From Octopus vulgaris (lineage: Eukaryota), in the NCBI GenBank assembly GCA_951406725.2, contig OX597814.1, positions 133,858,001 through 133,922,000 of the forward strand: a stretch of DNA of 64,000 nt, read 5' to 3'. Position numbers and translations under genes: made by a program. Each line of letters begins with the position of its first letter. The first letter of the stretch is position 1. This document shows, one piece after another, positions 14,821 through 26,720 of this stretch. Under the pieces are notes generated by a model. The model did not search any database. It worked only from the letters and a program-made list of their open reading frames with translations, and was not told the DNA's origin.

Positions 14821-15229
14821 TCTTTCATTTTTATTTTGCTTGTTTCAGTCATTAGACTACGGCCATGCTGGGGTACTGCCTTGAAGATGTTTAGCCGAAT
14901 GAATCGACCCCAGTACTTATTTATATATTTTAAGACTGGTACTTGTTCTATCGGTCTCTTTTTTCGAACCACTAAGTTACGGGGACATAAAAGCACCAAC
15001 ACTAATTATCAAGCAGTGGTTGATGACAAGCATACACACACACACACGACGTGTTTCTTTCAGTTTCCATCCACCAAATCCATTCACAAGGAATCGGTGC
15101 GTGTGAATGCATGCAGTTCGGTCGATCAGAGACTATAGTACAAGACACTTGCCTAAGGTTCTACGTAGTGTGACTGAACCCAGAACCATGGGATTGGAAG
15201 GAAGCTTCTTACCACACATCCACTCTTGC

Positions 15230-15233
<4 letters not shown>
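14821..15233 (-). mobile_element. tRNA-derived SINE family A
   Basis: Full reverse-complement match to 17123-17570 and 61199-61656, including the internal microsatellite position. Confidence 0.9.
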
Positions 15234-15286
<53 letters not shown>

Positions 15287-15418
15287 CGCAAGAGTGGCTA
15301 CATATATATATATATATAGTTAATCCAAACATGAAAACACAAAGAGAAAACACAACAACGCGAGGACGTGCAACAAATATAGTATATTGGACGCTCAGGA
15401 AGGAATGGAAGAAGGAGG

Positions 15419-15453
15419 GTTTAACGTTTCGAGCGGAGCTCTTCGTCGGAAAC
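15419..15453 (-). ncRNA. Minimal hammerhead-ribozyme-like motif (CCGACGA core variant) in a probable Penelope-like pLTR remnant (about 15319-15560)
   Basis: Minus strand: GTTT-CCGACGA-A-GAGC TCC GCTC-GAAA-CG-TT-AAAC. Stem I is GTTT/AAAC, stem II is 4 bp, and stem III is the palindrome ACGT. Confidence 0.65.
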
Positions 15454-15887
15454 ATAAGAGAAGGAAAGATCCAGAGAAGGAAAGACAGAGGGAAAAATAT
15501 CACCAACGGTGTCAATAACCTCTGTGGAAGAAATGTGTATCTAATATGTATTTTATGTCAAATGTGTGTTTTGTGTGTAAGTGCTTTTGTATTTCAACTT
15601 TTCAAGCACGCCTTCCGGGCTAATGTAGGCATAAAAAGGAAATTGGGTTTCTTTTTGTAATGGTGTTAACTATTTCCGGTTTAATTTCGGATTTAGAATT
15701 TTTATAAAGTATTCTCTTATTTTTTGTTTTTTGTCCTTGGATTTTATAATTTTTCACTGTTAAATAAAATGAATTTTTTAATGATTAGTAAATTTTTAAG
15801 AAGACCTTTTTCTAATTATTGTAACTAATCAAGTAATTTTTTTAAAAAGCTTTTAAACATATATATATATATACATACAGTCGGTGG

Positions 15888-16076
15888 ATAGGGTTGAAAA
15901 GTTCCTGGCTTTAAGAGCATTACAGAAGGCCTGGTTGCAAGTCCAACCTTCCGAGTTCTTTTACAGAAAACCGAAGGACCGCTGCAATGTGAATCTGAGA
16001 GGGGAACATATTGAATAAAATCATAAGTAACCTGTATTTTCTCTTACCCAAAGCTAGAAACCTTTCAGCCGCCCCT
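15888..16076 (+). mobile_element. Non-autonomous mariner element
   Basis: Imperfect TIRs GGGTTGAAAAGTTCCTGGCTTT / AAAGCTAGAAACCTTTCAGCC. Internal VNLRGEHIE* resembles a mariner transposase C-terminus. Confidence 0.7.
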
Positions 16077-16180
16077 TTTGTATGTGTGTGTGTGTGTGTG
16101 TGTTTGAAAGTTTAAAAGTTTTTGTGAATATTGGCACATTTACAAGAATAAGAAAAATATTTTTTTAAAGTTATCAATTT

Positions 16181-16304
16181 TCTGCCTCGAAAGGATGGAA
16201 GCAAGGTCGACCTCGGTGACATTTGAACTCAAAACGTAAAGACGGACGAAATACTGCTAAGCATTTTGTCCGGTTTGCTAATGATTCTGGTATTTTCGCG
16301 CCTT
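16181..16304 (-). mobile_element. SINE family B, partial
   Basis: GAAAGGATG...GTCGACCTCGG..ATTTGAACTCAAAACGTAAAGACGGACGAAATAC. Confidence 0.8.
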
Positions 16305-16645
16305 AATTAATAATAATACCAACTTTCAGTAATAACTGCCCAACAAACCGTAACGCGCATATTAACTTAATAACGGAGTAGCAAAAATGCCATAATGATA
16401 TTTATGTGTGTATCTTTTTAGGGAAAATACTTGTGTGCAGATGGTGCTACTGCAGTTCATCTTTGAAAGCAGGTGTCGACGTCTCATCAAGCGTCGAAGC
16501 AGTTCTGTATGTGTTGTAGCCTTTTCCACCACATCTCAAGAACTACCAGGGCAACAACCGATGTAGGCAAGAACGAAACGCCCGCGCATCAGCAAGATAA
16601 ATATCAACATGAGCATATGAGTTCATGCTTTTGGGTATCAGCATG

Positions 16646-16714
<69 letters not shown>

Positions 16715-17122
16715 TATATAATGTATAACAAGAGATATATACATATACATGTGTATGTGTGTGTGTACGTAGGTGTATTGGAATTAATTTGAAATTTAAT
16801 GTATGATATATCATCTTTAGTGGACATACAAATTTAGCAAAAAGCGATTTTGCACCTCAATGTGCAAAATAATGGGATCGAACATAGTAGTTTCTTAAAA
16901 TACTTTCATATCTCTGTGGTTCGATGCAGCGAATTTCTAGTTTTGTTAGACTGTTGTCAGAAAAAGTTTACACATATTCTGTCCATAGATATATTGCACT
17001 TCAGCTTATCTAAAACATGCGTTGTAGCGGTCTTCGAATCAGTTATATAAAAGGGTGTCTCCGACTGAAGCAACGGTGTCGGTAAGACAAATGCATTTGA
17101 TTATAAAGTATTATTGTATACA

Positions 17123-17298
17123 GGCGTAGGAGTGGCTATGTAGTAAGTAGCTTGCTTACGAACCACATGGTTCCAGGTTCAGTACCACAGCGTAGCACCT
17201 TGGGCAAGTGTCTTCTACTATAGCCGACCAAAGCCTTGTGAGTGGATTTGGTAGATGGAAACTGAAAGAAGCTCGTCGTATATATATATATATATATA

Positions 17299-17356
<58 letters not shown>

Positions 17357-17570
17357 CATGTTTGAGTGTCTGTGTTTGTCCCCTCGTCATCGCTTGACAA
17401 CCGATACTGGTGTATTTATTTCCCCGTAACTTAGCGGTTCGACAAATGTGACCGATAAAATAAGTACTAGGCTTACAAAGAATAAGTTCTTGGGTCGATT
17501 TGCTCGACTAAAGGCAGTGTTCCAGCATGGCCAGAGTCAAATGGCTGAAACAAGCAAAAGAGTAAAAGAG
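17123..17570 (+). mobile_element. tRNA-derived SINE family A with internal (TA)n(TG)n
   Basis: Head GGCGTAGGAGTGGCTATGTAGTAAG, B-box-like GGTTCAGTACC, core CACCTTGGGCAAGTGTCTT, tail GAAACAAGCAAAAGAGTAAAAGAG. Multiple near-identical copies in the window. Confidence 0.92.
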
Positions 17571-17894
17571 TACTATGTTCAGAAACAAAAAACGTGGCAA
17601 AAGCCAGAACGTCTTTCATTCTAGATCTATTCATTTTGAGCTCTCTTGAAGGCTAAACAACGAAAGCAACATTTTAAATATATTAGTTTTATTTTAACAG
17701 TATGCGTGGACATTTTCTTTTTGTAAGAGGGAGATCTGGCGTAGTATGGAATATACTAACTCTAATAGATTGCGGTAGCCTCACTTCATAAATATAAATT
17801 GTGCACTTGTATACTTGAGAACTTAGATATACATATGTATGTGATTGAACAAAAATACACCTAACGTTATGTAAATGCTAAGTATGTAAACAAC

Positions 17895-18650
17895 TATGAA
17901 AATGTTCAAAGCATATTTTGAAGTGTAATTAGATCACAAACGGTGCAGGTGAACTCACTTCTGAGTTTTCTGCCGTACGGAGTAACAGCAGCCTGAAATT
18001 TTCCTGTTCGTTTCAGTATTTGATGTTCAATTCGGTTATTTTCCCAAATTTTTAAGCAACGCTTCCTGTTTATCAACTTCTAACTTCTTTTATTCATTTA
18101 CAAGTGTTCCCTGATATTTGTGTTAATATTCAAAACCATAACACCTTCCTTTATATCATCAAATCTCTTCGTGATTTGCAGTAGTTCACAATAAAATAAT
18201 TTTGTGATCTTGAAATCATCATAGCTAGTGACAAACCCAAACTAATGCTTATAAGACTTCACGCATGATCCCATAATGAAACAGCCTGCCATTTTTCATC
18301 ACTTCTGTATAAGATGTAAATGAATTCCGGTCGATGCTCAATATACGTCTTCAGTACTTCTGGTGGAATCTTTAGAGAATTTTCATGTGACTACGAGATA
18401 GCATTGAAGTTTCTGACGAATACATCAAGGATGTGTTGACGCTAATATCATAGATGTAAATCTTAATGGGAACACTATTAGACCAAACTATCTTCTTTAG
18501 TGTTTCAAACACAATGAAAGCCTCTCATTATTCGAACTTATCTAAAAAAATACAATGATCCATAACGGACAAAGTTGCAGAGTTGAAAAAAAAAAGAATC
18601 CGCTGCATCAACACTCCTCTCATGAAAAAGAATATTTTGTTTCACATACT
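17895..18650 (-). mobile_element. Degraded piggyBac-like transposase, C-terminal part
   Basis: Minus-strand fragments: a GVDAAD-like motif near 18600 (third catalytic D region) and RSEFTCTVCD..CFEHFH near 17900-17960 (Cys-rich domain). Many indels. Confidence 0.5.
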
Positions 18651-18930
18651 ATTCGCCTTATCGTAAGCTCAGAAGCACTGAAGAAAATGTTAAGTACTTT
18701 TTGATATCTTTTTCTAAATGAACCACAAAATTCTAATCTGAGGCACACAATTAGAGCGAACTAGGGTTATGAGGGCGTTTGTTTTAGCTTTGAAGTGATA
18801 CCTATTAGAATACATATGAGATTCTGAGAAAATATCTATTTCACTCTTCTAAAATGAATGCATAGAAAACAACTACTGCAAGCTATATAGAGATCAAAGG
18901 TGATGTATATACATACATACACACGCACAT

Positions 18931-19022
<92 letters not shown>

Positions 19023-19023
<1 letters not shown>

Positions 19024-19209
19024 AATAATTAAGGGTTTAGCAACAAGTTGCTTCACCACATGCCGAAAATTTAGAAATAGCAGCCAAAAGACAGTTATTT
19101 CTCTTCGCTACAAAATACGACTCCACGAAAAGAAGTAACGCTCTTTTGGCTGCTATTTCTAAATTTTCGGTATTGGTGAAGCAACTTGTTGCTAAACCCT
19201 TAATTATTG
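19023..19209. repeat. Long inverted repeat (about 85-bp arms, short loop) at the end of a (TA)n-flanked insert (about 19021-19335), probably Penelope-like
   Basis: CAATAATTAAGGGTTTAGCAACAAGTTGCTTCACCA... pairs with ...TGGTGAAGCAACTTGTTGCTAAACCCTTAATTATTG. Confidence 0.9.
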
Positions 19210-19331
19210 TTTTATTATATATAAAAGTTCTTGTATAGGTTTTTACCGAATATGGTTCTTTTCCATACCGAAAACTACTTGGTAAAATTTATTAATTATA
19301 AATCAATAAGTGTTACCCTATATCTATAATG

Positions 19332-19393
<62 letters not shown>

Positions 19394-20039
19394 TGTATGT
19401 ATGTATATGTATTTATATATGAATGAATGAATGAATGAATGAATATACGCCCTGTTTAACAACAGCGATCACAAGGATCGGTTTTGACAGGACACCATTA
19501 GATTGAAAGTCGGCTTCTATGCCATTGTACTATGCCATTGTACTTTTTTCGTTAGGTCAACAAAAATTTGGTAAAAATGAAAACCTTGCCCAAAGCAATC
19601 TTCTTGAAACTGGTGTTATCTCTACCAAATCTAAATCTGCATTGAGAGTCTTAGATAATATCTTCTTTCGTAATCTGCTAATAAACATATGCACATGCAT
19701 GTGGATAGGTGCATGACTGAATATTTGTAAATGATTACGCGTTATATATATACATTTGTGATGCATGTATGCGTGTATCTTCTTGCTTGTCTGTACTTTT
19801 ATGTATGTGTGAGTGTGTGTGTAAATATGTATATGCATACGTAGGTAATGGTACATATGAGTACGTACAGAGTTTGTTCCATATATTGTATACCAATGAT
19901 TTACTATAGAAAAAACACAGTTCTGCTACATATGTGTGTGCACGCACGTGCGCATAAATATTAAGGTATGTTTATACATATGTATAAATATATATGTATA
20001 TGAAAAAAATATATATATCCATTAATGTATGTATGCATT

Positions 20040-20072
<33 letters not shown>

Positions 20073-20459
20073 GTATGCATGTTGTATGCATGTGAATATG
20101 TATGTATGTGTATATATATATATCAAACAGATATGTTATAAAACTATCCAACTTATACAATAACAGCCCTACCAACAATCCAGCATACCTCCATCATCAG
20201 CTGCCCCTCGGATATCACAATGGTTTCAACACCTGAGTAGTACCATTCAATCCGGCGATGTCAACAGCACTAAAATAAGTGTCGTTTTGGAACAAACATA
20301 CGTTAGATATCACCACATTCATTTAATCTTAATTCTAGGAGGGATTAAACATTAACATTATCAATTAGACTGCAACAAAAACACATTTACCTTATGTACA
20401 AAAACAGTATCAGCAAATAAATTCAATAAATAAACCTATGACTAACTTCCAAATTATTT

Positions 20460-21120
20460 AACTACATAGCGACCAAGCCCTTGAAATCCATACAGATAAT
20501 ATTCCTACCAGTCTTCCATAGTTATTAATATAAAAGTGAAAGCTTTATACTCTATTCTCTCCAAAACAAAACAAACTCAATTATGTATGTATTCAAGATG
20601 CTGTCCTTCAAGGAGACACTCTGGCTCCACACTTGCTATATTTTGCCTGGATTGTAGCTGATGTCTATCCATTGACATCAACAAAAGTATGTAGTTACAC
20701 ACTTAAGACAAATACAACGAGAAGTAGATGACATCCAGCAGTATCGGATCCCAACTACGCAGATGATCTTACTCCTCTTGCAGACAATGTTTAATTAGGC
20801 GAGAAATTGTTACGTCGACTTGAAATTGCTGGTAAGATTGAATATATGGGCTATAATGTAACAGGTGACGTTTGTACTCTGAATGGCACGAATCTGAAGA
20901 TGACTGACAACTTTTTCTACCTGGGAATAAAATTGCTCCAACAGAAACTGATGCCCAGGTAAGGATTGCAAGAACGGCCAAGACAGACTTAGACAACATG
21001 AAGTGGAGTTTCTTTCAAGCATTCATCGAATTAGTACTTCTCTATATCTCTTCAACATAGGCACTGCAAAATAAACTCGAAAAAAAGCTTCACAGAACAT
21101 ACCCGAGAACGACTCGTGTA
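20460..21120 (+). mobile_element. RTE-type LINE reverse transcriptase remnant
   Basis: Motifs VLQGDTLAPHL (about 20600), NYADDL (about 20755), FFYLG and FQAFIELVLLY, with stops and frameshifts. Confidence 0.75.
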
Positions 21121-21379
21121 TGCACCATTGCATGCAAAATGAACGCCTGCATACACATGCATTGCTTGTTTTTTTAAATAAACATTAATTTAAAATTATT
21201 CATTAAAAGTATTATTTAAAAGTATTATTTTGGAACATGGCTTAAACACAAACAAAATTCTCTGACTTCGATTGTAGGGAGTTTATGCCATTTATAATAA
21301 TACTACCACGAGAACCAGAAATTAAATCAAAGGCGTGAGCTAGAAGCACATGTTTTCGCACACACACACACATATATAA

Positions 21380-21427
<48 letters not shown>

Positions 21428-21429
21428 AT

Positions 21430-21742
21430 GGAGGCGTAAGGGCCCAGTGGTTAGGGCAGCGGACTCGCGGTCGGAGGATCGCGGTTTCGATTCCCAGACC
21501 GGGCGTAGTGTGTGTTTATTGAGCGAAAACACCTAAAGGTTCCACGAGGCTCCGGCAGCGGGTGGTGGTGACCCCTGTTGTACTCTTTCGCCACAACTTT
21601 CTCTCACTCTCTCTCTTCCTGTTTCTTGAATAACGCTGCGATGGACTCGCATCCCGTCCAGCTGAGGGGAACACATACGCCACAGAAACCGGGAAACCGG
21701 GCCCATGAGCCTGGCTAGGCTTGAGAAGGGCGACGTTTATCG

Positions 21743-21746
<4 letters not shown>
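21430..21746 (+). mobile_element. tRNA-derived SINE family D, well preserved and GC-rich
   Basis: Head GGAGGCGTAAGGGCCCAGTGGTTAGGGC...GGTTTCGATTCCC (A and B boxes). 3' module CTGCGATGGACTCGCATCCCGTCCAG...ACAGAAACCGGG. Lies between (TG)n and (TA)n. Confidence 0.85.
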
Positions 21747-21781
<35 letters not shown>

Positions 21782-21784
<3 letters not shown>

Positions 21785-22680
21785 ATAATAAAGTGATTGT
21801 TTCTTATCAGGAACAAAATGTTTAATAGGACTGCTATAGAAGTGCTCAATTAAATGAGACAAATATATTAAACTATGGTTGCAGAACAAACAAATATAAG
21901 GTCATCCACGTAACATTTCATACCTCGAACATTTAATCGCATAATGCTTTTTCTTTCATATATAATATACATGCATAAAATCAGGGAAGATAAAACACAA
22001 CCCACCAATACAAGCATATAAGAAAAATATAAGAAACATGTGTGAATACAGTTCATCGCGGTTAAAAGTTAATGATTAATACTTTAGCGACTTTTGGGGG
22101 AGTTTTTTAACTGTTTTAATTCAGTATTTTTTTTTTAATTTCGATTATTTGGGCTGGTCTAAGCATGACTTCTTAAATAAGAAATCACGCAATATTGTGT
22201 TAGGTTTGGTTAAGGAGGTCTCGCCCTGGTACGTGATGTATTTTTCTTTATTTTTCCCCTGACGAAGGCGTAATTATCGTGATGCACACTCGTGCATTAA
22301 ATACGGTGATGTACCCCTGAAATGGCCATAGGAAATGTAAATATGGTTTCTTCTTTTTTGCTTGGACACTGGCTTTTAACTATATGTTTCCCTTATCTTG
22401 AAAAGTAATTTTTAATCGAAAAAATTTCTAAACGATGAACTTTTATCTTACCTTATATATTATATATTATTTATTTATATGCTTCCTAAATATATGTATT
22501 TTTATATATTTTTATATATCTATATATTTATATATTTCTTTATATTTTTATGTATTTATTATTCTAGGTGTTGTAATGTTAAAATATATATATTTTTTAG
22601 TCGCTAAAGTATTAATCATTAACTTTTAACCGCGATGAACAGTATTCACACATTTTTCTTATATTTTTCTTATATGCTTC

Positions 22681-22690
<10 letters not shown>
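21782..22690 (+). mobile_element. Probable Penelope-like element remnant with inverted terminal arrangement
   Basis: Bounded by (TA)n on both sides. Contains an 81-bp inverted repeat (22012-22092 / 22599-22679, 2 mismatches) and a hammerhead-like motif. Confidence 0.65.
22252..22335 (+). ncRNA. Type I hammerhead-ribozyme-like motif with long stem II and palindromic stem III
   Basis: TTTTCCC-CTGACGA-[AGGCGTAATTATCGTGATGCAC..GTGCATTAAATACGGTGATGTACCCCT]-GAAA-TGGCCA-TA-GGAAA. ATGGCCAT is a perfect palindrome. Predicted AUA cleavage after 22330. Confidence 0.75.
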
Positions 22691-22725
<35 letters not shown>

Positions 22726-22831
22726 GTTTGTTTTTGTGATATAATAAAAGCAATCTTGTATTAAATTGAAGGATTACTCAATACATATGCTAGAGAACAA
22801 ATTTAATATTCTTTAACAAGAATGGTATCGA

Positions 22832-22870
22832 TAGTCACTTCGAAGTTTCAGCTAAGCGCCATCAGCACAC
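22832..22870 (-). ncRNA. Degenerate hammerhead-like motif in a second (TA)n-flanked insert (about 22722-23305)
   Basis: Minus strand: CTGATGG-CGCTTAGCT-GAAA-CTTCGAAG-TG. ACTTCGAAGT is a perfect palindrome. Core A9 and the cleavage base are mutated. Confidence 0.5.
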
Positions 22871-23300
22871 TGTAATGTATTTGAATCCATCTTGGTTTCA
22901 TACAGTCTCTGTTAGTTAATATTGTTTTAGGTTATGGAGGTTTTTTATTGTTTGAATTTGGTGATGTGCTATTTCATAGACCTTCTTCATGCCTGCATCA
23001 ACTTTCTAATCAAGTCTGTATATTTATGTATGTCCTCTTCAGATTATACGAGTTCACAGTAAAATGTTGTTAGATTGTTACTCAAAAGCTGTCACTTAGT
23101 TTAGTTGTTATTTGTTTTATTTGGATATTAACGGGGTATTTGACCTTTTATTTTGAGTAAATATAGTACTTCTGTATTAAGTGTGTGTGCGTGTATATAT
23201 ATATACTTAATACAAAAGTAGTTGTATTTAATACAAATTACTTTATTATCCCCTGAGTGATAAACAGCGAAGTTAAAAATTTGAATAATGACATTTCTCA

Positions 23301-23401
<101 letters not shown>

Positions 23402-23476
23402 GTGTGTGCATGTGTATGTGTGTGTGTGTATGCATATATGTGTTATGTATGTGTATGAAGAGAAATAGATAGATAT

Positions 23477-23514
<38 letters not shown>

Positions 23515-24052
23515 GGAGAGAGTGAGATAGTAATATGTCTATATTTTTCTAGAAGTTCCGACAGCTTTGCTACGAATGAAATACGAATGATAAATCGAAT
23601 ACATTTATTTCATACAGTTTCCATTAATATAATCGATTCTTTTAATGTTCTCTAAATGTTAACATTGGTAGACCTATCGCCCCACGGTCGTACAACCACT
23701 TACAGTATTAGGCAAATATTTGCTCAACATAAGGATTGTTTATATCAGTTTAATCTTGTAGAAATTATCATTATGGCAAGAGAAGTATCGAAAGTAATAT
23801 CATTGATACGTATATATTCTAGTTTTAGATATTCAATGTTTAGGTAGTACAGATTATGTTACACTTTCTGGAATTGTTGACATTAGAGTTCTAAGGATTA
23901 GTTCATCAGAAAAATACATACTCTAAAAAATTTACAAAGCAAAAATGCCAACTAATGTATCTATTTCCAGCAAACAGTATATAGACAGAGTTATTAGGTT
24001 TATCCTTTAGCCATCTTAGTTTATTAAAAACACAACTACGACCGTTACTATG

Positions 24053-24113
<61 letters not shown>

Positions 24114-24169
24114 TAGCTATTACTACTGCTGCTATTCCTATTGGGATATTTATTTACAACTCTACGATC

Positions 24170-24660
24170 TGGCTTCAAAACCCGCCGAACTTAACTTTGC
24201 CTTTCACCCTTCCAGGTACGATGAATTAAAGCACCAGTAAATTTCTGGTTCCATTTAATTGACTGTTCCTCTCCACCAAAATTACATGCTTTGCAACCAT
24301 ATTACAAACAATTAAACAATGATGGATTATCAAACTTAGTAGAGCGCTGTGTTTAAATCTGGACCTTTATATTCTGAGATGGAACCCAGCTGTGGTCAAC
24401 ATTGTAGTTCATCCTTTTGGGTTTGTTGGTACTTGTAAATTACCGGTAAAGTGCAGTAATCATATAATTGTCTGTTTCTTTCCCCTAAAATTACAGTCCT
24501 AGTACCTGTATTAGAAATATTCGTAATTAGGCAGTCGATTAACAGAATCATTACAGCGTGGAGCAAAAGAAGCCTTGCAGTACTTGGTTGTACCAGTTGT
24601 ACACTGGGGTCGATGATAGTGACTAACCTTTGGCCTTGTAAGAAAACTTGAAACCATTAT
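24170..24660 (+). mobile_element. Three head-to-tail decayed SINE family B copies
   Basis: Recurrent TTTGCCTTTCACCCTT / TTCATCCTTTTGG / GTACCAGTTGTACACTGGGGTCGAT motifs; each copy ends in a GAAA/CAAA-CAATT-like tail. Confidence 0.55.
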
Positions 24661-24674
24661 TAATATTAAAACTT

Positions 24675-25380
24675 ATTATCACAGTTCTCTCCAGTTTTAA
24701 TGTCCTTTTAGGATGTATGTCATGTCTCAGCTCCTTCCCGCTGCTTAGAGACGCGACACTTTCCTCAACACATGTGCTATTCAAAGTATGGCCCCAGATG
24801 TATACCTCCAGCCAGGTCTGATTGTTCTAGCTCCCGATACCAAGTTTTATGCTCTTTGAAGTGGTTCCCAGTGCATCAATCGCGGTGGGTAACACAGTAG
24901 CTCTTTAGGCTCTACGAATACGCTCCATTTCAATTGCCAACTACGTCAGTGAAGATCCTTTCTTTGGTCTTTTTTCTTAGGCGAGTGAGGATTAGTTGAT
25001 AATGTTGCAGTTTTGTAACTGTGGAGATTGATGTAAGCCACGTGAGTTTCATTTGATAATACTCTGTCACTTCTTGATACGCTCTAGCAGTATTTGCTGC
25101 ATATCGCTGTGTACATTTCTAATGGAGTTTTCTGTACTCTTTCTTGGTCGATTTTTGGACATCCACCGATTACATAGCTGACTACTTCAGATTAATTTCA
25201 ACACAATCGACATAAAAGTATTTCTCTTTTATTTATGCTACACTTGGCTGCATTAGTTCGAAAAGTTTATTCTTCAGCAGCTACGATCAATGCTTCTCTA
25301 TCCTTCTTTAAAACTTCACGTCTTGCCTTCTCCAAGATCTTTCTTCAGCTGCATCTAAAGGCGAGTGAATGATGACAAAA
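24675..25380 (-). mobile_element. R4/Dong-like LINE 3' remnant
   Basis: Minus-strand fragments ATVLPTAIDALGTTSKS and AHVLRKV plus a GCPK..KEYR-like segment parallel the RLE-domain end of the 35883-39300 element. Confidence 0.55.
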
Positions 25381-25444
25381 ATGGTAGACAGGAATCTACA
25401 AATAATATATATGTATTTATCTTAGATAGATAGACAGACAGATC

Positions 25445-25542
<98 letters not shown>
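25445..25542. repeat. (GATA)n microsatellite
   Basis: Read directly. Confidence 0.98.
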
Positions 25543-25543
<1 letters not shown>

Positions 25544-26720
25544 TATAGTTAACTATTTGTTTAAATTATTAAAGATTCTACTCTCGACATTCTACTGTAT
25601 TTACATCCTGTGCTTGAGATTTTTAAAATTCTCAAATTTTCTTCTATGACTTCGATTCGAATATCTTCAATCGTTCAGTCACTAGAGGTTTTACTCAAAC
25701 TTGTTTCCCTAACCAGTAAGATATTATGTCGTCCCAGCTTGTATTCCGATCTTAGCATTAAACGTGGTTGCTTATTAACAAGTATACATAAAGTTTTTCA
25801 TTGCATTCAGGTGGGCGGGTAAGTGTTATTACTTGAAATTTCCTCACTTTAACAGTAACTTTAAGATGTTAAGGAGTGACCACAGTACTTGATGATATGA
25901 AGCTACGGTTGGCTACAATATAAATTTCTGTATTGATTTTCTTTGCCGATCTCTTGGCAGTGCCAGCCTTGTTTTCTTTAATATTGGTTAACCAACATTG
26001 CAACTGTTGGTTATTAAAACAAAGTAGCTATCATACAAAGTAAGAAACCAAACTGGATGGAAATAATTTCTGTCATATCTCTAATAAATACAGAATTACT
26101 AGTCGGGATCAAGGTGGCACGGCTGTTGTACTAATAAGACCTATTAGACAAGAATCAACAGGTGATATTTCAATCAAGCCCACATAGAACAATCTAAACC
26201 CCATGTGACAGATGAGGAAGTTTCAAACATAAAGAAACTTCAGATTAAATATAACGTACGTGATTTTATGAGAAATGCGCATCAATAAAATATTTTCCAA
26301 ATGTCTATCATCGATAGCTAATCATTATCCTAAGTGTAGATGGCTTCGATTATATTGAATTCGATCATACTTATCCATCATGATCATAAAAATAATAACT
26401 GTAGCAGTATTTATTACAGAGGGAGGAATTAAATTAATATCTTCTTTTTTTTTTACTTTCTGAACATAAAAGAATATAACACCAAATAAAAAATACATTA
26501 AGATTTGCGTATATTTTTATAGCCTGTGTCAAAATATCCTATCTATTCCTAGATATTACTATTTAGTATCTAAATACTGCAAGAGAAACTCGAAATGAAC
26601 TCTTGCATTTTTCGAAGATTGTGTTTGCGAAAGTGTTAACACCTTGAGTACAATTCCATTGAGTCATGTACTGAAGGCATTGATCAATTGAAATAGAATA
26701 TTTTTAATGAAAATAAATTG

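Noticed and set aside
16555-16600. CCGATGT...GAAACGC possible hammerhead
   Set aside because: The stems cannot be formed convincingly.
21430-21505. tRNA-like sequence (also the heads at about 4190-4255, 17123 and 61199)
   Set aside because: These have A/B boxes but no proper acceptor stem, and they continue into SINE bodies. They are SINE heads, not tRNA genes.
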